From Epithemia pelagica (taxonomy: Eukaryota; Protista; Bacillariophyta), in assembly GCA_946965045.2 (NCBI GenBank), contig OX337228.1, forward strand, positions 4,650,001 through 4,714,000: a stretch of DNA of 64,000 nt, written 5' to 3'. A program made the position numbers and the translations under genes. The notes under the pieces were generated by a model that saw nothing but the letters and a program-made list of their open reading frames with translations, was not told where the DNA came from and made no database searches. How positions within the stretch are numbered: position 1 is the first letter of the stretch; each line of letters starts with the position of its first letter. Shown here one piece after another: positions 11,271 to 18,747 of the stretch.

Positions 11271-14200
11271 TCACCACAAAACACGTTGTGCTAGAAAACG
11301 CAATCGGGGTCCTGGTAACGATTTTGTCAGCAGGTCCGCAAGATTGGTTTCACCTTCTTCCCAGGCGATACGCACGATGTTGGCGGCTTGTGCCTCACGT
11401 GTGCGATGGTAAGCAATCGCATTGTGTTTCTTCTTCAGAGTGACTTCAGGCATGGTTGCACTCTTGAACACAGATTCATTATCACAGAACACATTGGTTT
11501 CGCCATCAAGTGGAATGCCCATCATTCTCAACTTGTAACGGAAACCCTCTATCTGTTCGATGGCAGTCTTCATTGCGACAAATTCGGAGCCAAATGTTGA
11601 TGTCTCAACAGTACTCTGTCGTTTGGAATACCACAAGATAGGCGCTCGTTGTAAGAACATAAGAATACCAGTTTGTGAGCGACGCGTAGCAAGACAACCA
11701 GCGTGATCGGCATCAACAAAACAAGTTGTGGTAACAGCCCGTCCACGAGGTGGTGGCATATTGGGCGGCAAAGGGTCACTAGCATCAGGGTAGTATTCAG
11801 ACCAGTCTGCCTGGAAGAAACGATCCTCGTCGAAGGTCGGAGTTGTGTCGTCGAACACTAGGGTGGAACGTCCATGCGCTTTTAGGTATGCAAAAATGTG
11901 CAAGGCTTGTTCGAGGTGTCCTTCACGTGGCATGGCTAGATATCGGGACAGTTGTGATACGGCAACAATGATATCGATACGACCAAGTTCCACAACCCAA
12001 CGAAGGATACCAATTAGTCCCTGATAGTAATTTGCACGTCGGGGGTCCAGTTCAGGAGATGAGTCGATCTCAGGACGATACCCAGTGGCAAGCGGAGTTG
12101 AGACTCGTGTCTGTAGCTTTTGGCCAACTTTAGACAGTTCGGTCTCAATTTCAGATATGGCACGTTTAACATATTTGTCGGAGGACATGGCCCATCGGGG
12201 TTTGTTCTCAGGATCGTCAGTATCTGGTATGGTATAGTGTCGAATCTCAGATCCCAAGTATTCGTCTGGGTCTTTAATACTCTCGGGTTTGATTGTATAC
12301 CGTTTTTCCAGATCATTCATGATCGATCGCGGATCATGACTGACACAGAGTATGTCGTCTATGTAGACAAGTACATACTCATAGTATTGGAACCCATCAG
12401 ATGGTCGGACTTGAGGTCGAAGCCAGACATCAGGGTCAGCCAAGCAACTGTTGAACTTCATTTCACGAAGTGTTGCGGCAATGTGATCACGCCAACGAGC
12501 AGCAGAACTCTTCAAACCATACAGAGCACGAACAATCAGTGCAGGTCGGCCAACGTTTTCGGGACCAAATTCTAGTCCCGCCGTAATATAAGTTCGCTCT
12601 TTTGTTGGTGCATTGAGGTATGCATTTTGTACGTCCCCGGCCAACACGTCCAGGCCATTAAGGGCAGCGATAGTGAATGCAATTCGTACGCTATCACGGG
12701 ATACAACACTGGAGTACGTGGATTCCTTCGGTGGATCAGTCTTATGCCCACCGGCAACCAGTCGGGCTTTGCGGCGAAGATCAGACTTGATATCAAAGAC
12801 CATATGACATGGGATATGTTTGTATCCAATTGGTACTTTGTCATCATCACGGAATTCAAAGGCAATGCGAACATTTTTCATCTCCTTTTCGATGGCTTTC
12901 CGCCAGAAATCAGTCCCCGTTCGACGATCAATCTCAAGAGCTTCCTGAACGGTTTTGGGCAGTTCAATACCATATTTGTGGGTACGTTTCCAATAGCGAG
13001 ATTTGACTTTCGCAAGAATCACACCACGTTTGCGTAACGTATGTGGAACCCACCAGGCATAGGCCGGTTCTTTGGCAAGCCCCGCCGCAACAGCATATTC
13101 GGCTAGTTGTACAGGCGAATCGTTTTTGAGATCTTTGAGAGGGATCCAAACAGTAGAACCATCGGAGAGTTCACACTCATGTTCCCAACCAACGGTTGTA
13201 TGGCGTTTACGACCATTCAACCAGTCCGGATCCGTTCGGAGGACAGCGTCCTTGGTTTTGCGATGTCCAATGATATCCTTTACAATGGCATAGGAGTTGC
13301 CCTCAGTGTCGACTTGAGAGTAAAGGTTCTCGGCAATGAGATTGGCAGCAAGAGATTCGGTCGATCCATCGGGATACAGCACGTCATAGAAACGTGTGTC
13401 TAAGATTGGATTTGGATCACGTTTGCCAATTGGTCGGCCATGTTCATCTTTGGAGCGGCCTATGATCTTGGCTCTGGCCTGGTCCCCGCCATGCGACAGC
13501 ATGACTTCGGCTGTGAGATATTTGTCTAACTCCTCCGGAGTGTAATCGTCAGCATCAGGGAGAGGTGTATCGGAGTCAAGAGCAGCAGGAAAGAGAGATT
13601 CGCTTTCGTCTTCTCCAAAGAAATCATCGGGTGGATCAGGGGAAACGTTGGCGGCATCTTCATCGGAGGACGGCGATGTATCCACGAGGAGAGTCTTGAT
13701 AAGACCATCATAGACTTCCAGTTGTTGACGGATTGTGGGATTTTTCATATCGTCGTCAGGGATTGCCCACATATCTTTTCGGACAATAACTCGACCTTTC
13801 TCTGTCAAGACGTTGAAGGCCATGTCATCAATACAGTCATCGGCAAGACCAAGCCAGCGCCCAATACATTTACGCTCATGAGGGAAGTCATGCGACGGCG
13901 TATAATAGTATACAGGTTGATAGAAATCAAACAAAGCCATGGGAGAGATGTCGGGTGTCGATCCAAGAACGTGTTCAAATGGCGTTCGTCCATTAAGTTC
14001 AGGGATATCAGAGGCAGTTAACTGGCGGACAGAGGCAACCCACTTCAGCGCATAGGACCATGTGCGTCGTGGTGCACCAGTTTGACGTAACTTCCTAATA
14101 ACACCTTTCTTCAACTCACGGATGCTCGCTTCCGCGGCATTCTGCCATTGACTGTATGGGACGGTCACTTCTTGTTTGATACGGTACTCATTACAGATCT

Positions 14201-15527
14201 CACGAGAGCGTCCATGAAATAGCTCTTGCGCACCATCAGAAATTAACGTCTGAGGAATTCCGACATTCTGGATAAGGGACATCAGACCTTCAGGGTGTTG
14301 CTTCTTTGATTTCCAGGGATAGACAAAATCATAGCCCTTTCCATCAGTAAATACGGAAGCACCCGTGTGAAGATCAAGCGATGGGCACTTGGAGAACATC
14401 TCGTCGCAAAACCATCGTCCCTTGACATTCGGGAATTTGAGCCATGGAGCTTTCTTTCGGACCTTGCGTTCGGATGGGACAAGGACATTTCGGACCCCAG
14501 CCTGGGTTGTCACTTGTAAAGTCTTCTTGGCCTTAGTAAGGCCGACATTCCATCGAGAAGACAAGGTCTGGGAATCAAGTACAGTCTTAGAAGAAGATGG
14601 CAAGACTTTTACGGCTTTCGTTGGTCGTGACGAAGCAGACTTAACGGCTTTGAGAAAGTATTCGTCGGGATCAAGGTCCTCAATGTCCACAGTGTCCTCG
14701 GCACTTGGTGGATGGGACACTCGAACGGCAGCAACTAGGCGGTTGCATAGTTCATTTTCGTCATTCTCAAGTTCCATGCAATAGCCATAGGTTTCGTCGT
14801 ATGATCGGACGGCAGCAACCAATCGCGGGACACAGGATGCGGCAATCGAATTCGGATCAACTTGGCGGACAGCAGATGCATTGGATGCATTGGCTTTCTC
14901 CTCCGCGGCAGCAAAGGTGGACGAATGAGGGTGCCACACCGAATCAGCAGTCATGACTATCCGTGGGAGCGACTCGAGCTCCTCCGGGGTTGGCTTCGTG
15001 GTCGCGAAGCCAGAGATAACACCGGACATTTCTAGAGGAATGATCAGGTCAGCATCGGGAATACGAATGCTGTGTGTGCTGTAAGGGTCAAACTGACGCG
15101 GCACATCATGGACAATGAGGCCGTTTGAACGCAGTTGATTGGGACAAATCAATGATTGGGACAATCGGTCCCCGAAGAATAACGACTCGTGAAACAGCAA
15201 TAGATAACTATTGTTGTGGGCATCAGTCCAGACAGTGGCGGTCGTGGTGACGGGGATACGCTCGAGGGGTTTATATTCCTCTGAGAATGGGGAAACAGTG
15301 ATGTAACGGTCAGGTTCCTTGAATTTCACAAAGTTGCGACCAACACAACAAGTGTCAGCATGCGAGTCCATTTCACATGTCAGATCAATCGGATCAGTGG
15401 TATGGGACTGTGATACGGCAGCACATAAACGGTGTGCAAAGGCTATGCTGAAGGTAGGGGTGCCTACAAGTGAGAAATGTGGACGGATAAGATTCGTTTT
15501 ATCAATTTCATCACTGGGCACACAGCC
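11271..15527 (-). CDS. pol: Copia Pol: aspartic protease, integrase, reverse transcriptase, RNase H
   Basis: Protease EMDSHADTCCVG, integrase core (FCDEM...ISDGAQE...QNAAEASIRELK), RT KARLVAGGH and YIDDIL, RNase H FVDADHAG. No ATG of its own at the 5' end; in frame with gag. Confidence 0.95.
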   Translation of the reverse strand, partial: GCVPSDEIDKTNLIRPHFSLVGTPTFSIAFAHRLCAAVSQSHTTDPIDLTCEMDSHADTCCVGRNFVKFKEPDRYITVSPFSEEYKPLERIPVTTTATVWTDAHNNSYLLLFHESLFFGDRLSQSLICPNQLRSNGLIVHDVPRQFDPYSTHSIRIPDADLIIPLEMSGVISGFATTKPTPEELESLPRIVMTADSVWHPHSSTFAAAEEKANASNASAVRQVDPNSIAASCVPRLVAAVRSYDETYGYCMELENDENELCNRLVAAVRVSHPPSAEDTVDIEDLDPDEYFLKAVKSASSRPTKAVKVLPSSSKTVLDSQTLSSRWNVGLTKAKKTLQVTTQAGVRNVLVPSERKVRKKAPWLKFPNVKGRWFCDEMFSKCPSLDLHTGASVFTDGKGYDFVYPWKSKKQHPEGLMSLIQNVGIPQTLISDGAQELFHGRSREICNEYRIKQEVTVPYSQWQNAAEASIRELKKGVIRKLRQTGAPRRTWSYALKWVASVRQLTASDIPELNGRTPFEHVLGSTPDISPMALFDFYQPVYYYTPSHDFPHERKCIGRWLGLADDCIDDMAFNVLTEKGRVIVRKDMWAIPDDDMKNPTIRQQLEVYDGLIKTLLVDTSPSSDEDAANVSPDPPDDFFGEDESESLFPAALDSDTPLPDADDYTPEELDKYLTAEVMLSHGGDQARAKIIGRSKDEHGRPIGKRDPNPILDTRFYDVLYPDGSTESLAANLIAENLYSQVDTEGNSYAIVKDIIGHRKTKDAVLRTDPDWLNGRKRHTTVGWEHECELSDGSTVWIPLKDLKNDSPVQLAEYAVAAGLAKEPAYAWWVPHTLRKRGVILAKVKSRYWKRTHKYGIELPKTVQEALEIDRRTGTDFWRKAIEKEMKNVRIAFEFRDDDKVPIGYKHIPCHMVFDIKSDLRRKARLVAGGHKTDPPKESTYSSVVSRDSVRIAFTIAALNGLDVLAGDVQNAYLNAPTKERTYITAGLEFGPENVGRPALIVRALYGLKSSAARWRDHIAATLREMKFNSCLADPDVWLRPQVRPSDGFQYYEYVLVYIDDILCVSHDPRSIMNDLEKRYTIKPESIKDPDEYLGSEIRHYTIPDTDDPENKPRWAMSSDKYVKRAISEIETELSKVGQKLQTRVSTPLATGYRPEIDSSPELDPRRANYYQGLIGILRWVVELGRIDIIVAVSQLSRYLAMPREGHLEQALHIFAYLKAHGRSTLVFDDTTPTFDEDRFFQADWSEYYPDASDPLPPNMPPPRGRAVTTTCFVDADHAGCLATRRSQTGILMFLQRAPILWYSKRQSTVETSTFGSEFVAMKTAIEQIEGFRYKLRMMGIPLDGETNVFCDNESVFKSATMPEVTLKKKHNAIAYHRTREAQAANIVRIAWEEGETNLADLLTKSLPGPRLRFLAQRVLW

Positions 15528-17081
15528 TCAGGTCTGCTTTGTGGCCTTATCAGCAAGGGCAGCTTTCGCAACGGCAGTTGTAGGCTCCTTGGTTTCATCA
15601 GGGTTGTGCGGCTTTGTAGATCCTTTTTTACTATGGGCAAAGCGTCCGAAACTGTTTCCGGCTGAGGTTTTGGGAACAGTCGGTTCATCAGCAACAGGAG
15701 GATCAGGCTCGGAATGGTTTGGCGCGTCGTCGCCATCCAGGTCAGTGGTCTCCAATTTCATGTCATCAGACTTTGGAGTTTCAGTTTTACTCAACTTGCG
15801 AGAGCCATTTTCATCTTCAGTTCGCACGGCTCCGGCCTTGCGCTTTCCATTAGCGTCGTTCTGTGCTTTGTCTTTCTGTTCTTTACGGGCACGGAGGATT
15901 TCGGCCTTCTCTTCATCAGAGAGCTTGCGCCATTCATCCAAACTGTAATGACGTGTCTTCTTTTTATTCTGCTTGTTACGACCATTCTTCTTTCCACTAG
16001 TCTTAGTCGTACCCACACCAGCAATCTTTCGATTCTCGTCATTGGTCTTGTCGGTACGGGATGCAGCAATCAACGTGCCAAAATACTGCTGGCATGCTTC
16101 AAAATCAGAAAGCTTTGCTGCGTCACCGTTGACGACCGTCTTTCCCGCCGCCAAAGAGGGATCCGATATACCTTTGAGGAAATCGGTTACCTTTTTGGTT
16201 TCGGCAACGGGTTCATCAAGTTCAGCCAACGTATTATGAGCTTTCTGATGGCGGTGAACATATTGTTGATACGAGAAACGACCGCGGCCTGTAAACTTCG
16301 CGTCGGCAATAGCAGCGTATGCTTCTTTCTTGCGGATGGTGACAGCTGCTGTTCCAGTAGCTTGGCGAGTCAACGCAAGATACGCCTCACGGCCGTCCTT
16401 CTTCTTTTGGTGTGGCTTGATGAACGTCAGGCCAGGTCCGCCAACAAGAAAAGGTTTCATCAGTGTGAAGACGCGTTGATTGTCAAGGGCATACTGATCA
16501 CCTTGCAGGATAGTAGTAGCAATCAAATCGTCATCGATAGTATCGTAGGCAGCATTCCTTGCTTCAGAACCGACAGGCTTAGTTTCACGAAGGACGTATG
16601 TCAAAGGGACACCCGTTGTGGGATTGCGATGCTGTGCGAGGAACGTGAGCAAGGCATCGTTAAACACCTCCCACTGAGTAAACGAAGTCAACTCTTTCGG
16701 TGGGGTCAGTTCATCGGAGGCAACTTCCTTGTTGAGTGCAAACAGTTCCTGGGTACGTTTGGTCCATTTCTTGATCAGGGGCGGATCAGAGAAAAGTGAG
16801 ACTTTAAGAGCCTGACCACGAGACGAACGGTATTCGAGCCACATTCGGAAGCCGTGGAGCTGCAGGTTAGCACTGAAGGGAAAGGCCCCGTTCTCTGGAG
16901 GGGTCTTCGCCATCATCTTCAACATCGACGGCACTTGATGGACCGCAACAGTCATGAACGATTGAGCATCATCAAAACCCTGCTCAATGATGTAGGTCAC
17001 GGTGGCATCATTGTATCCACAGTGTTTAACGGCAGCCTTGAAATCTTCCTTGGGATTTTCAGGGGCAGTGGATGAAGACAT
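15528..17081 (-). CDS. gag: Copia Gag
   Basis: ORF upstream of pol with features I recognise from diatom copia Gag (GVPLTYVLR, KVTDFLKGISDP, RHYSLDEWRKLS). ATG at 17081 (MSSST); a further in-frame ATG at 17171. Confidence 0.85.
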   Translation of the reverse strand: MSSSTAPENPKEDFKAAVKHCGYNDATVTYIIEQGFDDAQSFMTVAVHQVPSMLKMMAKTPPENGAFPFSANLQLHGFRMWLEYRSSRGQALKVSLFSDPPLIKKWTKRTQELFALNKEVASDELTPPKELTSFTQWEVFNDALLTFLAQHRNPTTGVPLTYVLRETKPVGSEARNAAYDTIDDDLIATTILQGDQYALDNQRVFTLMKPFLVGGPGLTFIKPHQKKKDGREAYLALTRQATGTAAVTIRKKEAYAAIADAKFTGRGRFSYQQYVHRHQKAHNTLAELDEPVAETKKVTDFLKGISDPSLAAGKTVVNGDAAKLSDFEACQQYFGTLIAASRTDKTNDENRKIAGVGTTKTSGKKNGRNKQNKKKTRHYSLDEWRKLSDEEKAEILRARKEQKDKAQNDANGKRKAGAVRTEDENGSRKLSKTETPKSDDMKLETTDLDGDDAPNHSEPDPPVADEPTVPKTSAGNSFGRFAHSKKGSTKPHNPDETKEPTTAVAKAALADKATKQT

Positions 17082-17575
17082 GGTGGAAGGCAAAAAGGAA
17101 AGCAAGAGAGCCAGAAGCAGGAGAGGTTCAGAGCAAAACACAGGCAAAAAAACACAGAAGTGTGGAGGCATTGCCAAAAGGTGATGCAGATCGCAGATTC
17201 GCGATTCTACCTGGAATTAAGGTGCACAAGTAGTGTCGACTTGCGTTTGCGCTGCAATCGGCAGAGAACAAATACTTAGGACGTGTGCGTCGGCACAGTG
17301 CAAAAGGAGGTATCTATATTTTCATGTATGGAGAAAAGATTACCAAAACAATCGCTCACTTAAGCGAGTGCTCCCGTCACGTGGGAGAGTGCCATGGGTC
17401 ACACATCACGAGTGTGAACTATGAGTAGTGCCGCAAGCATACCGTGACGAGTAGCTTAGCGCGAACACTCCCAAGCGGTGATCAGCCGCTGCCAGTACGG
17501 GCAAAAGGCAGAGAGCAAGACTCCAAGGAGTTTCACATGATGCATAGCTTAGCTAGCATAGTTGGTGAGTTAGAC

Positions 17576-17830
17576 AAAAAAAATATTAGTTCCCCCGTGC
17601 ATTGGCATATAGCGGATGTACAAGGCGGTGAATCCCAGTCGACCGGGATTGATCGGCCACCCTTGAGAAGAACATGCACTTTTAACTAGCGGGGAAACGT
17701 CTTGTACCATACACCCCAAATATGGCGGCCCCCAGAAATTGGGAGTCTTAACTTAAAGCTGATTCTGGGGGATTCGAACCCCTGACACCACGAGCCAACA
17801 GGAAACGTTTACCAGCTAAACCACTGCGGC
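17576..17830 (-). ncRNA. Putative Pol III unit with a tRNA-derived 5' end inside the retrotransposon leader
   Basis: A box TGGTTTAGCTGG (17823-17812), D-arm GTTT/AAAC, B box GGTTCGAATCC in a GGGG/CCCC T-arm (17780-17770). First T-run of 4 or more downstream is T8 at 17583-17576. Transcription is inferred only. Confidence 0.5.
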
Positions 17831-17854
17831 TCTGCAATGATGGGTCTGATAAAC

Positions 17855-18028
17855 TGTATAAATCCTGCCACTACACGCTACAACACGGTGTATACGGCGT
17901 GCAACAAGTGGCTAGACCAAAATTATAACTAGAAAACTAGATGCGTAGCAGCATATGTAGGCGATGCATATTCGCCAATATGCGACCATGTATCCGCCAA
18001 TATGCGACCTGTTGGCGGGATTTATTCA
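17855..18028 (-). repeat. 5' LTR (174 bp)
   Basis: Identical to 10943-11116. Contains TATAA on the sense strand and a duplicated 15-mer (cgccaatatgcgacc on the plus strand). Confidence 0.97.
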
Positions 18029-18747
18029 CATGTGCCAGCAATACAAGGCGTGACCGGCGTGTCGATTTGGAACGATCGAAGGGGAGGCTGGCGATATCAC
18101 CCGGCTGGCGCTTTGGGAAAAAATACGAGACAATTTTTTTCCATTCGGATGACGGACGAACAAAGGTACCCCCCCAACCCCCAATCGCACCCGTACGAGA
18201 AGAGAGAAGCGCAAGCGGAGACTCAATCCGGAAGCAGACAGTCAATACTCGTACGCGATCGAATTGTATATCGCCAATTAGCTGACTCTACACTACAGCG
18301 AGTATGGGAAAGTGTTATGCTCAATAAACAGAACAATTTCTAAATAGTCTTGGTGTGACATCTACTTTGTTATCTGAGAATGGCCTGCTGATGATTTTTT
18401 GGATTGTGTGACAAATAGGTTTCGCATGACTGTCACGCTACTTAAGTACTCAAACACCCAGCCGGGAGTGCATGCGTTTGACTCTCCAGAGACGCAGGGG
18501 TACGAGTACACCTGTTATCCTCATTTTTTTAGGCAACAGCTCATTTGTCTACATTTGCTTCATTCGTCCTCCGTTTCATCGATTTAGAACCACCAGCAAG
18601 AAAAGAAGAACCCATCGAGTAAAGAGCTAGTCTGACCAAGATCACACAGACCGCTCCTCTGTTGCTCCTTTTTCGGGCCGACGATTCGCAAGTATTCACA
18701 ACACCACGGTCGTTGAACAGAGAGAGAAACAGGCAACATAGACTACA

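Larger units (their letters stand above)
10943..18028 (-). mobile_element. Full-length Ty1/copia LTR retrotransposon (diatom CoDi-like)
   Basis: Two identical 174-bp LTRs with TG...CA ends, gag ORF, pol with copia order PR-IN-RT-RH, CATG on both flanks, purine-rich GCGGGGAC just before the 3' LTR. Confidence 0.97.

Noticed and set aside
15714-16799. 361-aa plus-strand ORF antisense to gag
   Set aside because: No recognisable motifs, no ATG-based context; reads as a shadow of the gag frame.
17758-17830. Functional tRNA gene
   Set aside because: D- and T-arms form, but the acceptor stem (GCCGCAG vs AGAATCA) and anticodon stem do not pair. Reported as tRNA-derived only.
17838-17854. PBS for an initiator-Met tRNA half (copia/Ty5 type)
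   Set aside because: GTTTATCAGACCCATCA only loosely resembles GGTTATGGGCCCAGCA, with several mismatches, and the host tRNA sequence is unavailable. Kept only as an alternative to the self-primer idea.
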